Notes: a model not told the origin generated them from the sequence alone. 52,444 bases of DNA, filler included, from Sphacelaria rigidula (GCA_964200075.2; 2 parts of 2 records of this genome joined end to end with filler, not necessarily neighbours in it), one strand, 5' to 3'; shown: positions 12,201-25,600, counted from the first letter of the whole stretch. Translations and numbers: made by a program.

Positions 12201-15200
12201 TTGAGGAGTTGTTCCAGATGGCAAAGAGGTGTCACCGCAGGCAAGTCACGAGATTGTGACATGCTCTTGTTAGCTAGAAAGTAAATTTGGTCAGAGTTTG
12301 AGATAGTATTTCCACGGTAGGGAGTGGAGGGGGTTGCATCCACCTTGGTGCGACCTGACGCAGCGACTCTCGAGCAACCATTGACACATGCCCCAGCATG
12401 GGATAGTTCGCACATTCAAGAGTAACAGCTACGTCCACGTGGATCTCCCGAACATGTCCCTTCCATGCGATGTAATCCTAATCCGGGGTCATAGTATTGT
12501 TTCTGGCGAGCAAGTTGGCACAGACCACCTTAAGGCCATTACACTAGCTTTATTCTTCAATACCGGTACAACAAGGTCCAGACAGACCTCGAGGTCAGCC
12601 CTTGTGACCACGACATACATGAACATTAACCGGACGATGGTACTCCAATACTTCACTACTTCTAGGCGTATGATGAAGTTCGCTCGTCTATACCTTGATG
12701 TCGGACCTGGTGACCAGTTCGGGGTACATCATGTTGGTCTCCGTAAAGAGCGTTTCCCTCAGCTTCATTTCCTCAACTCCGAAGCGTCGAGCGATCTCGG
12801 GTAGATGCCACACGGGTTCCACCGCACACTGATTACGACGATAAACCGTTACAGTGCACGATGCAAAAAAAGGATCGCAAAAAACAATACACAAAACAGA
12901 CGGGGCATTTGGGGGGGGGGGAGGGGAATGAAGAGACGACATCGACATGGCACTACGGTAGCTTCAAAATGTCAAGTTCTCAATAAAAAATTAGCAGCAC
13001 AACTGTACAACACTAGGCCTTAGCTCTTTAGTATTGGTTATGGGGTATTACACGTTTTCCGATAATCGGTTGACACAGCTCTCAAACCAGCTTGCTCACG
13101 GTGCACGTAGACAGGTTCGCGGTAGGGTGATGGATAAAAACGGATCCCTCCCCCGTCCCCCCAATATCGGCCGAAATAGAGTACATCGAACATTGTATGG
13201 GGACATGGCTCTGCACGTTGGCATCGCAGGCAACACGTCAGAATTTTCGCCACGAACCTCTCGAACGAAAATCACAGCAACAACACAGCATCGGCGTCCG
13301 GAAAAATGGGGCTGCCGCTGAAAGTAACGGTGTACCTTCCTCTGCCTGGACGCGTCGGGAGGATACCCCTTCGTCTCTTACCAATGGTGGAGAATTGCAG
13401 GAGCCTTCTTTGCCTCTCTCCTGCTTGTATGTACCCCCATTTTGTCCATCAGTGTACCTCTTTCTGGCACGTTTGTGTGCCCCATGCCCCTCGACAGTTT
13501 GATCGCCCGTGCTCGGTCTCACCGTATACACTTACCCTTGGCTGACCTTCCCATTCACAGAATAATCTCCGTAGCTGTTGTGCGCTTATCCGTGACACAT
13601 TTCCTCCGCTGTCTCCCTTACGCTTTCGCTTGATAGCACGGGAACTACATACTGGACTGTATCGACAGCTGGATACCTTCGTGTTTGCTGCTGTAGCTCA
13701 CCGACGCAAATAAGTGCGGCTGCAGCAAGGGACCCGTACAATGATGGATGGCACACCGAAAAACAGTGTTGGGTGTACCGCTGAACATAACCAAGTGCAT
13801 ACTCTATCTCACACAAGGCGGTGGTGTGGAAGGTCTGCACCCACCAACTCAGCGTCGGCTTAGCACCGAATTATTTAGTGGGTAGTTCTTCCCATCGAAC
13901 AGGGTACTGCACACCTCTCTCGGTCATTGCGTGAAAAGGTGATTCCTCGACGGATACATGTGGGGATTCTCCCTTTATTCGTAATCGTTATTCTAGCGAG
14001 AAGAGGCTCGTACGAGTAACCTTCATCGCCGGCTAGTGGTAAGGGTGCACACCATTTTTCACACATGACAATGTTTTCGTGAGATTGAGAGTAGAGCATT
14101 GACTGTGAGTGGGTTTTACCATTCGCTTTAGCTTGACGAATTCTTCCAGCTACGCGTAGATATCCCACTCAGAGATTTCAAGGGCTGCAGTGGCAAGCTA
14201 CTACAGGAAGCGTATCGGGCCTATCGTTGAGGGGCATTTTGCGACTGAAATGATTCATTCAATAATTGACCGCTTCTCACTCTCAATCTCACGAAAAAAA
14301 TGTTATGTCTTCTACGTGTGTTGGGTCCTCGAGCTCCACACACACTTTCCGCGAGACTTTGAGCTTTACTTCAAAGTCATCCACCATTTTCACAACTACT
14401 TTATCCCGAATTAACTTCAAGTCGCTTTTTTGGTGGGAGCCGGGATCCGAACCCGAAACCTTCCGGTTATGAAGCATACGAGCTGTCTCATGGTGTCGCA
14501 AATGCCAAAATATAATTCTTGCTGGAATCTTTCGCTTCTATATGTGGTGGTTCCCACAATTGTCCAGAATAAGACGCAGAACGCCAGCGATACATAATAT
14601 TCACCCCCTGCCGTACCTTAGTAATGAAACTCTGCCCTCCCTTGCTCAAGACTTTCCCGTCAGGGATTAGTCGTCCCACGCGAACCGCCTCTCGCACTTC
14701 CGGGAGGTCGATGTGAGCTTTCGTCACGGCGATAGTGGGTCGGATGTCATAGCCCTTTCGCAGCCATGGGCGAAACACCTGCATAAAAACCGTGGACGAG
14801 GATGGAGAAAAACGAAATTAGCGATCGCGCAACACGTACTGTAGTAGGAAAATAACTTGTGCTGTGTGTTACGTCAGACGTCGTTCATATGAGTATTATG
14901 TTGCGGCAGGAGGAGATCGCAGATCGTAGCCTTTTCGAACCCAATGGTCCAACATTTGGTGCACATATGGGGAGTGGTATAGTAACCACAAGTTCACTCC
15001 ATAAATTACACTCTTCACAGCAGGCATACACCGACGAAGCTTTGCAGTACCAAGCACCCCATTTCCATCTTCGATTGGTTTGATTCGTTCTCGAACCTTA
15101 ACTGACCCTCTATAGTTCGAGTCGTGCTCACATGGTAGACGTACGTGAGATAAAACAAAACGGAAACACTCACTGAAGAAAAGTGAACAAGACAGAACGG

Positions 15201-17873
15201 TAGGACAGAGTGGAATAAGATAAGGAAAAAAATAATTCGGCGGTCGAGAAATCAGAACTGAAATATCCGTCGCGTCACATAATGTACACACTAGTACACA
15301 CCAGAACAACATGCGCGGCATCAATGGAGCGCAAATAGCTTTAGCCAGGCACATTTGCATCGATGTGCTACTCCAAAAAAGTGATCATACAGTGGGCTCT
15401 GTAGAGACCTTTCAGTCTTTTCCTTTTCATTTCGTCACACTTCCAACATCAACCCGTCCCCTTCCTCGAGACTGGTCCGTGGTCTCGAGGGATCAACTCT
15501 CCCTGGAACAGCAACTACATGGACCACGACGCAACAGTTTTCATATCAAATGTACACACCGGCCCATTAAATGATACGCCAATCGTGAGCTTCCGATACT
15601 GTCCGAGCCAGGCAGAAACGTTTCGTGATGAGCTTTTTATGGTATTCGAACAAGAATGGCCCCGGTCAGGTGTACACCTGGGTACTTTTCGCCGTTTCAC
15701 CTTCCTACGGAACTGTACCTGAAAATGTCCAAGTGTACCTGAGGACCTTTCCGCATTTGATCTTGTTGAAAAACTTTTCGATTGATTGATTATCGCACTT
15801 TAACTGACCCCCTAGGGATCCAGCCGTGGTCACATGATAGACGTAACCCAGAAAAAATGTACCTGAAAATATCCAAAAAGTGTCCAGGTATACCTGGGCG
15901 TGACCATTTACCTCATATTAACAAACGCGCCCCGGTGGTCTCAATGGCACGGAAATTACCAATTTAGGGCAGGAGGTCGCGAAATCGAATTCAAACGGAT
16001 GTGTTTTCGTACAATCAGGATCCAGTCTCAGTGCAGCAGAGACATTTTGACGATCGCCGATGGGGTGTGGAAGTGCTGACTCGATTCATTGGTGGGTTGA
16101 TCACCGGGGGGGGGGGATGTACCCATGATGATTACCGGGGGGGGAGAGATGGGTTCATCCCTTGGAGCTGCGGGCTGTTCCCGGGTAAGGGCAGGGGGTT
16201 GAGAGCACGACCAAAACCATACGACACAATGCGTTGGGTACTGACTGTACTGACTGCAGGGCTGGCTCTGACCCCATCCGTAGCCGCGAAGATGTGTTGG
16301 CTGGTCACCCTCGGTGGAAGTACAGACATATTAACAATTCGCATTGCTCATCTACACGCTCCGATTGTCCAGCACCCCAACTTGGAAATTACACGAGCAT
16401 GTCCGAAGTTCGGGAAATGAAGGGGTCCTCGAAGCAGGCTAGTTTAGCATTTCACGACGTACCATCCTTGAGTCATTCAAAATTGCGGGTAGGGGTCGGG
16501 GTCAGTTGACGCCCCGAGCAACGGGTTTCATGCAATGAACAACGGCACGCTTCTCTGCTGGACGCGCACCTTTGCGGGGTAAAACGCCGCCAAGCCGCCC
16601 ACTTTTCCCCCCATCACGCTTGTAATGAGGCCCTAACCCTTGCTCGGGAGGAGTCCATAGACTGAAGACGAGTCGTTGAATATCGACATAAAAATCATTC
16701 GTTCCATCTATTTTTTTCAGCCTGAAGCAACGCCTTAGAGTTGCCGTGTTCGGCAGCAATTCGGCTGACACCCCCAATCCGTGGAATGATATTCGTGCCA
16801 AACGGTTCCTGCTCGACATTCAACTTTCAACATAAAAAAAAACGACCCCTAGTGTTGGGTAGCCGTGAAAAAAAAAAGAATTGCACTCACATCAGTGACC
16901 AGGTGACCCCATGGATCCATGGTGCAGATTTTGGAGGAGTCATGCCATGCAGGGAAGGGCCCAATATCGCAAACCGGTCGGGTGGCGCTCAGCTTGGGGA
17001 GATAGTTTGAATCGAGTTTGTCGCACGCCACAGCCAACGCCTGGATGAATATAGATGACATATCGCAAAATCAAAATCTAAGACACTCAGCATGTGAGAC
17101 ACACATCAGTTGGAGAAAAAGGCATAGCCATGATGTTTATCAATAGTACCAAAAATCACGTTTACCTCGGGTACGTCTATCTTAATGCATGACCACGGAT
17201 GGGTCTCTCAGAGATCCGTTGATGTGCGACGCTCAAATCAATATGCCAGTGTTTTAAATTGGTTCAGTGTCGCGTACTGCCGTGAATTCCCACTTCAGGA
17301 CGCATCTACGCGCAATTGAACATTTAGCATGGGTTGGTGAAAGGCGTCCACATACCCTGGTGACAAATATGCATGGTGAAGCTGATCAAGAGAAACGCCA
17401 TCCCAACCAAGTATTCCCTCCGTTCCCTGTGCAAATTCAGCAAAATTAACAAAGAAGGCACTTCCGACACAGACTCAGTACACGCCATTGGAGTAATACT
17501 AACAGAAAAAGCTTGAGGCTTCGCTCCCTCGTGCAAATACACAAACTGCTGTGAACATGAAACACCATGCAGCAGCAACATACGCAACGGCATCTTCGCG
17601 GATAAGATCTTCTGAAAGCAAGCAACAGAGGAGTGCACGCAACAGCAATATAGATATCGTAAGAGGAACCAAGGACACCCCAGTGGCAACAACGACCTTG
17701 TAAATGCAGTAGCTACCGCTGTGGGCTCCGATGGCATTCCTCTGCATGGGATGGCGAGTAGTGGCCACCACGGGTCCTCTCATCTCCGGATCCTCTTCGC
17801 CCCACTAGTACCAGCACGGTGGCAGTAGCAACGGCAGCGGTACAGCACCAACGTCACCAATTGACATACACAG

Positions 17874-17944
<71 letters not shown>

Positions 17945-19970
17945 GTCATCTCATATATTCTGGACGCCAGTCAACACCTTTCGGTATATGGGCGCATTAG
18001 CGGGGGTCACACCGGAGGAAGACCAACACATGATTTTTTACTTATTCATCTTTGTTTTAGTACTCCACCGTCCTTCTGTGGCGCTGGCCTTATTTTTTTT
18101 CATGGCGAGAGGGGTCCAGCAGTGCCTTTCTCTCGTCGATCATGTAAGTCGAAAATTGTATACACACGACATAGTCGCCCTCCACTGTTGGGCATGGTGT
18201 CAAAAATCTCAGATCGTGTGACTTCGCCGAGATTCGGACCCACGATCCAATCGTCAGGAGGATTCGAGGTTACCAACTGGGCTACCGGAGCGACGGGCCT
18301 GTCTACGAAGTATCAATAGTTATTCCTCAGTCTCTGAGTATACACAATTACCCCATCATGTTGGAGGTATCGAAATCTCCGCAGTTAGATGGAATGCAAA
18401 AAAAGAAAAATCAAAACGAACACAGAATGGCAAAAAACAAAAACAACCTGGAAAAAGCCGATATGGACATGGACATCGACCACGTTTACATCAACCATTG
18501 AGTAGCAGAGCAGTAACAAATGCCTGGATAACATCCATTAGAACACATGAAAACAAGCACACGGGTATCAGCCTTTGAGCATCAGCATAGTCATAACGCC
18601 TACAATGATCACCATCGGCATGCATAAAACAACCGCTGAGCAGGACAAGTACAGTACGGTGCACTACAGCAACAGCGTGCACGTCAGTCAACGACATGAT
18701 GCATTCACCTAGACCTAAAATACGTGGTGGGGCGGCAAAGGGCAACCGTGTAGCGCACGAATTCGACGATGGTGATCACGTGTTTAGTATCTGCTCGTGC
18801 AGCACCAACACGTCGGAGCGATGAAGTGGAGATAGGCGCGTGAGGACATTGGGAGATAGGCGCGTACGATGGTCGATCGACGAATTTAATCGGGGTTCGA
18901 AGGATAGGCCCAAGCCAAAGATGCAGCTTCGGCACACGACGCAGATTCATCACAGAATGAACAATACCTGGTGCAGACAAGTCAACAAGCGACAGTTATG
19001 AATAGTTGCTTACACAACGCTTTTAGCAACAATGCGAACGTCAACCATCAACATACGAAGATCGGCTGCGGTCGGTGTACTCGCACGAAGGATTGACTTG
19101 TGGTCAGTGTTAGGACTACTCGTGTAGGAAGCAGCCGTCAAGAGACTGCAACACTAAGCTAATGGTACTTGAAAAAAAAAAGACGAGCAACAGAAGTAAG
19201 CTACTGCAAAGTATGACGCAATGGTGTGTTGCAACGGAAGCAATGTAAAAATGTCAACATTCAATTCAAAATGCACATTCGTGAATAACGAGCAAGGTAG
19301 AAAAACACCGGTCTAAGAACATCGTCATGATTTCAATTACCTTGAGGTCGATGGGGTCCGCGAAAAAGTTGGCCGAATGTGTGGTGAGGTTGAGGTACCC
19401 GATGTGGTCCAGGCTGAGATCCGGTACCTTCAGCTCATCCTCTGTGTTGTCGTCGTATTGCCATTTTCCAGTGCCATTATACCAGTCAAGCATCATGCGC
19501 ATGGTCAAAAGCGTATACGTACCGTCAACTTTCTACTGCGCATCATTATTGTCCATGCTTGTTTCTTTTCAAACATGAAACACGTACTACGCGAAGCAAC
19601 ATTCTGCATGGTGATTGTCATTTTGCGCTCTTGTTGAACGGAGAACATATGTATGTTACACGGGGCATAGGAAGGTAAATCACGTAAGCTCATTCCGTAA
19701 ATCATTATCCACGGCAACTATTTGCGGTGAGACCGATAAAAACCACTCACCCGTAATCGAGCCTCCCCTGCTCCTTTTCACAGGAGAGGTATGCCCTTCT
19801 TTTGCAGGATAAGCATCGGTAGGCTTTGGGCTGGCCGGCGCGTACGCGGGTGGAATGGGCCGTTTTTTGCCGATGTCGCCGTTGGGCGACGACGTCTCCT
19901 TGCTCTTCCCCCCGTTGCCTCTTCCATTCGTCCCTTCGCTTGGGGCGTTGGCGGTGCTGGTGCTGCTCAT
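6210..19970 (-). CDS. URC1: urg1/URC1-family GTP cyclohydrolase II-like protein (GTP_CH_N plus GTP cyclohydrolase II domain), 12 exons, 519 aa
   Basis: Exons in transcript order: 19751-19970, 19341-19441, 17697-17804, 16891-17040, 14617-14778, 12694-12828, 11378-11505, 10386-10488, 9739-9840, 8322-8447, 7107-7223, 6210-6317. All introns are GT-AG, phases are consistent, total 1560 nt. Motifs: RGPVV..RNAIGAHSGSY, DPWGH, GYDIRPTIAVTKAHI, AVEPVWHLP, VFLPPIGG, RVHDECNGSDVFGSDICTCRPYL (Zn-binding CxxG-x7-CxC), RKEGRSLGEVTKYLVYN, DTRFQAMMPD, SMSDMKYDAI. Confidence 0.92.
8612..9214. mobile_element. TA-flanked MITE (Tc1/mariner-like non-autonomous element), TIR CGAGCTGGGCCAGC
   Basis: ta|cgagctgggccagc ... 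gctggcccagctcg|ta: perfect 14-bp TIR with a TA target duplication. Confidence 0.8.
11104..11233. mobile_element. ~130-bp hairpin MITE (TIR CCCTGGACAACAGATTC)
   Basis: ccctggacaacagattc...gaatctgttgtccaggg, with the arms pairing further inward (aaaaa.tgtac.gcgtacagtat / atactgtacgc.gtaca.ttttt). Confidence 0.8.
14431..14485 (-). pseudogene. Degenerate tRNA-Met(CAT), fMet-like 3' two-thirds (relic or SINE head)
   Basis: Minus strand cagctcgtatgcttCATaaccggaaggtttcgggttcggatcccggctcccACCA: anticodon loop, T-loop GGTTCG and terminal CCA are recognisable; the 5' acceptor stem and D arm are not. Confidence 0.55.
17876..17942. repeat. (TG)n microsatellite
   Basis: Directly visible. Confidence 0.98.
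18225..18295 (-). mobile_element. tRNA-derived SINE-like head
   Basis: Minus strand gctccggTAGCCCAGTTGGTaacc...gtggGTCCGAATCtcggc: Pol III A-box and B-box-like motifs at tRNA spacing, but no proper cloverleaf. Confidence 0.5.
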
Positions 19971-21645
19971 CTTTTGCCCTTCTGTGGCGTCTTAAAAATA
20001 TACACGCAATCGCCGAAACGGCTCACTTTGAAGAATGGCCGCCCGCTTGCTGTCGTGCGTCGTCCTTGCGCCCTTGGGGTGTGTGGAGCAGAGCTTCGGT
20101 GGAAACGTCTTCTCTTGTTCTCTCTCACGCCTTCTTCGTATCCCCTTGCTTGGTTTCTTCTCAACGTTCTGCAACACTTTTGCGAAGACTTTGTCCGACT
20201 AGAGGTTCTACTCGTGCAGAACACACTAGCGCGCTTAATGAGTTTGAGCAACTTGACTTCGAGCAGCGTCCCGTTCAAGGGTTCCTACGGTAGGATCTAG
20301 GTGAATCTCGTACAGTATCCCTGGTTAAATACTCCCAATCTGAGGAGGTGGCACATATGCAGCATGCACACATGGGGGAATGGGGGAGGGGGGAGGACAT
20401 TTGTCCCCAGCGCGTTAGCCTCACCGCTCGGTAGGGCCTGTCTTGATGGGTCCCGAAATACCATTAAAAAAACATTTGGCCACTTGCGCCCTGCGATTGG
20501 TGGCTGCTTCGCTGTGTGGCAACTGATCAGCATTTGGTTGATAAATCGCAGGGCGTTAATCGCCAAACGTCGTTTTTAGGATGATTGATCGAAATCCGTT
20601 GAGGCAGGCTCTCCGCGTCCTGTTTTTATATATTTGATCATGTTGCCCGGAGCGCGTACTTACTGCAACCGTACCTATTATCGCAAATGAAGAAATGTTG
20701 GGACAAGAGTTTTGCTGCGAATGATATAATAGCACACATCAATACGATAAGCACCAGTAGCAGTACTTATCGCACATGTCTATTGAACGCCGACTTACAA
20801 AGAACACACAGCAGCGCACCGCATTGTGGCGACGAAGCAAGAAGCCAGTTTACAGTGAGCCAGTGCAAGCCGATGGCGTTCAGTACATGTGCATATAACT
20901 ATGGAGTACTATACTGCCCTGTACAACGGTATAGCACACGCGCAGTGGGTCGATTACCTTTTTCCTGACTGCGTTTGCAAGAGGGCAGCGTGTATAGCGG
21001 TAAAGTAGCCCCATCATCAATACATTACAATTCGCCGTACCAACCTATCGCACCAAACATCCGTTTCCGATGAGTACATTCGTGCCCCGAAGGCGTAGGA
21101 GTAGTTTCAAGCCACAAGCCTTCTCTCGGCGTACCGTACCAGCATGCACATTGGCATGGGTCTTACCTTTACATCAATCATCGTGTGCAACGAGTTTTGG
21201 TATGCAGAAGATTTCTCGTGTGTCGAAGAAATCTTGCTGTGCTAGTCTTGTGTCCACTGCTCGGCTCGGCAAAGTTTCGCATTGCAACCGATGTACTGTG
21301 CACGTCAGGCCACCACGGTCATCGACACTGGAGCCCGACGGTAGTAAATATTAGGTAGGCGTCCTCGTACGCACGGAGATAGAGAGAAAGATAGTACTGT
21401 ACGAGTACTCGTACAGTACAGAACAGAACACTTACCCTCCTGCAGCGTGGTGCGATGCCGAAACACCGAGGTCAAGTTGCACTTACCGTACTGTAGTGCC
21501 CTTTGGTTCATGTATTCGTTGCAGATCTTTGAAGCGACAGGATATCTCGGTGATACGAGCTGCAGCAACGATCCACCTAGGTCATTACAATAGGTGCGTA
21601 TGATGAATACCGCTATCCTTTGCATCTGCTCGTCTTAATCGTAAC

Positions 21646-22518
21646 CTAGCCCATCACTGAGGACAGAAGCCGGAGGACACCCAACTGCCCCTGCGCGAAC
21701 GGCACTCGTAATTGCTCCGAACGGAAAATCGACGCGAAAGTCATGACGGAGGTTGATCCTGGAACAGAAACGAAACGTGATGCGTTGAGTAGCATCCATT
21801 TCGATGTACCACATTGTACAGAAAAACTCCCGATAATGCATCGTATCTTAGCCACAGAAGATGTTGATGAACACACCTTTAGGGTTGGGAACTTGCCGGC
21901 GTACCTCTGCGGTAGGAATAAACCCCACTCGGTCTTAACCTAGGTCGGTATCAAGATGACGATAGGTTATTTGTAATCGTTGGAAAATGGCACGAAAGTG
22001 CGGTACTACTTGCACTCAACGTGATATCGAAGGCAGCATTGAGCAGGGAGATCTGACAGAGCGGCCGAAAGACTTGGGGTGCATTGGGAGAGGATTAGAG
22101 TGCTAGGTGATGCCAGGGTTGAGAATATAAACAGGTGAGCCATCCAATAACGCAAACATGCAATTGGCGTTCGTGTGGAAATCGTTCGTGATGATCAAAA
22201 ACATCTACACTTTCACAACAACAGTAGTACATCCATTTCATTCATAGTTCAAAATTCCCCCCCAACCACCGCCCGACTGGGGATGGTGATGTAGGGGGAA
22301 CCTAACCCCAACCAGCAACGAAACAATACAGCACACCCGTAGGAGAGAGTGACACTAACCACATGCTAGTCTGTGCACTGTGTGAGCGGCGATGCAACAC
22401 ACAAACCAGCCAGTGAGCCATGTCGACAGTGTTTTAACTCCAGGCTCTACCCTGCAGCTGAAATTTACCGTTTACTGGGACCCAAACTCGACCCCACAGC
22501 TGCAAAGGTTCAGGGGCA
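21646..22518 (-). CDS. Possible 3' exons of an unidentified gene
   Basis: Candidate exons 22469-22518, 21877-21906 and 21646-21758 have canonical CAG/GT sites and consistent phases, giving APEPLQLWGRVWVPVNEVRRQVPNPKGSTSVMTFASIFRSEQLRVPFAQGQLGVLRLLSSVMG*. No recognisable homology. Confidence 0.25.
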
Positions 22519-22679
22519 CTGTCACGGGAAATAAGTTGATAGGGATGAGACATGTGTGAGTAAGTGCCAGATTCGATGGACTTGAGCTAGCGACCGACGT
22601 GGGTTGGGACAACTGCAACCTCCCCGCGAGACTAAAACGCAAGGCAAGTACCATGATTGACGTGCCAAGGAAATATCAG

Positions 22680-25600
22680 AACAGAAAAATCTCACGCGTG
22701 TGCCAAGAAGGAGGAACATACCGGAAGGGAGGGCAAAACAAAGGGCAAAACCTTTGGATATAAAAAAGTCCAGGGCATGGTCGCGTATAGAGGAGCTCAA
22801 TTTGGCAACCTACTACATTGTCCCTCACGGGAAAGAACGGGGCTGGCCATGCTGAGGTGATTCTACAGGAGTGCCAAGCGGTGGGTTGTGATGTCATCGG
22901 ACTGCTGTAGACGGAGAAACTGGGCAAACAGTGTTCGCTGCCGCGGAATACCGTGTCTTACGCTACGGGGCGGAAGGGAGCAAGCAAGCAAAGGGCTGGA
23001 CAGCATGAGGTTGGGTTGGTGGTCTAGGGGTCGATCATCAAATAAGGCGACATGGACTCAGGCGCTCATCAGCGAACGCCTCATGTCGATGACTTGTGGT
23101 CTCGCAGGCAGATCGAAAACTATCACGGTTGTAGTTGCGCCGACAATCACATGAAAGTCAAGAGAAGAGAGAGATACGTTATGGACTGAGTTGGACAGCA
23201 CTGTGAACCGAGTTCCCTACAATCACCTGTTTTTTTTACTGGACGCTAATGCTAGGACTGGGGTAAGGGCAGGGAGAGGAGTACTGTACAACAGTGGAGG
23301 CTTACGGTCGGGACTCCCGAGAAAACGACAGCAACGGCACTTCTTTGCTACAGTTTGTGGGTGACAATAGAAGTGCCCTGGTCAACATTATTTCCCCCAC
23401 CCCCAAGGGAGACACGTCGCGTACGTTCAACGGTATTGCGAATCATATCGCGGACAAAAAACGCATTGAATACATCTTCATACGTCAAGACCATCTCAGG
23501 CTTGTTCGTAATGTCACCGTACACCTCGAACAACCCACCTCGCCGGACTCTGACCACAACATCGTGTGCGCCTCAGTGTGGCTCCTTGATCACTCCACAC
23601 CTACCACACCTTTGTGAACCTCCACTGAGGGCGCCGATCGAAAGGTGGGCAATAACATCTGACATCGATAGATTTGAGTACGTCGCACAGTCCACCATCA
23701 GCGAGCTCAAACACGGAAGAACTGGTGATACAGTTGGTGCATTACTGTGAATTTCGCCGGCATACTCCTGAGCTCTGCTACGGAGATGGTGCGTTGTCAG
23801 GCTCGAATGCTATGTGTACCGAGATGTTACGAAGATGCTGCTATCCGAGCGGAGTTCGAACAAGCCTGAAATGGGAGCAAAAGGGCGCGGTTGACGGGGC
23901 GAATGGGACCGAGAGATGAACCCGCATGGCGCACCTTACGAGCAGCCTACATGAAACTCCAAGGGGTGATCCACGCTTGAGACAGGTGCCTGGGTGTGTA
24001 TGCGAAGGAGCTTGAGGAGTACATAGAAATTGGGGACATGGGAGGATGGTGGTCAAATATCTAAAAGAAGGGTGGGGTCTGGCGAGACGAAAATTAGAGA
24101 GCGAGCAGTATATGAAGGACGAGGGCGGGAACTTACTAGAGCCCAATTTGTGAGAGATGGGAATGATATTTCTCCACCCTGCTGAACGTTTTATCGGTGC
24201 CTATCGTCATCGAGAACATTGCGCAACGACCGAAAGCGTTGTTACTTGGAGACCCTCAAAACCTAACTGAAACTCAGGATGCCCGGAGAGCTACGGCTAC
24301 CGGCAAAGTGACGGGCCCGGATGGTTTACCTGCAGAATTTCTGAAGCTTGGTTTGGTCGGGGAGCCTTTGGAGATTCTGCACCACTTCCAGCATCATCGC
24401 TGCGGTGTAGACATCTGGCGAAGCGCAGAACGAGTGGAAATACGCCACCATCACGATGCTACACAAAAAAGGATAGGACCAAGTGCGATAACTATGGTGG
24501 AATCTCACTTGTGACACATGTTGTTGGAGTTATCTTAAGTCGTAGCCAACAGCTCGGTAACTTCTGCGAGGAGGCCGGGATTTTCCCGGAAGAACAGTGC
24601 GTGTTCTGGAGCCAAGGATTTATCCACCGACAAAATGTTCGTGGCACGCCGACCATCGGAGATGGGACGGGCGAGCAATGTTCAATGAAACTTGTGCTTC
24701 GTCGACGTCCGGAAGGCCTGCGAGTCTGTAGGCCGCACGCTCCAGCGGGAAGTGCTTGCCCCGTTCGGAGTCCTGCCGCGAATGATCACAGTCATCCGTA
24801 TGTTCCACGATGGCATGCGAGCTTTGGTACAGGTGGGTGATGGCGAACTATCAGCGTGGTTCCACGTCTGCGAGGGACTCGGGCAAGGATGCGTTTCATC
24901 CCCACTACTGTCCAACATCTTCGGTTCAGCCTTGGTCGACGTGATCGCACAGCGGTTTTGCGGAAGACCCAACCACTGTCTCGGGCTTGGTATATCTACA
25001 TGACGCACCAAAAAATGACGATGGTGAACCTTTGGAAGAGACGCCGCTGGATAAGGTGAGCCGCGCGGTGTGGGGAATTCTTTCATGCGGATGACGCAGG
25101 CATATTCTCGAGGTCCCCAGACGGGCTTGCTATAGTGAGGTCATTGTGGTGACCCATCAAGGGCTTGGGTCAACGGTATCGGAGAGTAAGACGGAGTCCA
25201 TGCGCCGGTGGTCAGTATCCAGCTCCGCAGAGACCGCACTGCGCATCAATGCGCCAGGTCAACGGTGTAAGCAGACGGCCGATTATGCCTATCTTGGTGG
25301 TGCTGTTAGCGCGGATGCGAATATTTCCATCTAAGTCAACGGCCGCATCAGCGCTGTGTGAACATGTCTCCGAAAGCATAGCTCCGAACTCTACGGTCGG
25401 CCCAACGCCCAGCTACCTCTGAAAATCCTGCTGCTTGAAGCGGAGGTGGTGCGAGCTATGCTGTACGAATGTGCGACGTGGACGATGCGTCTCGAGGACT
25501 TGAAGAATCTGCGCGCTGCCCACCATCAACTTCACTGCGGATGGCTGGATTTCGCGGGAAGAAGCGATCTGGCTACAAGACTCTTTCGTACGGGGATGTG

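Noticed and set aside
18709..18790. Extra URC1 exon in intron 2
   Set aside because: It has plausible AG/GT sites but an in-frame stop in phase 0, and exons 2 and 3 already join into the conserved PIDLK-WG sequence.
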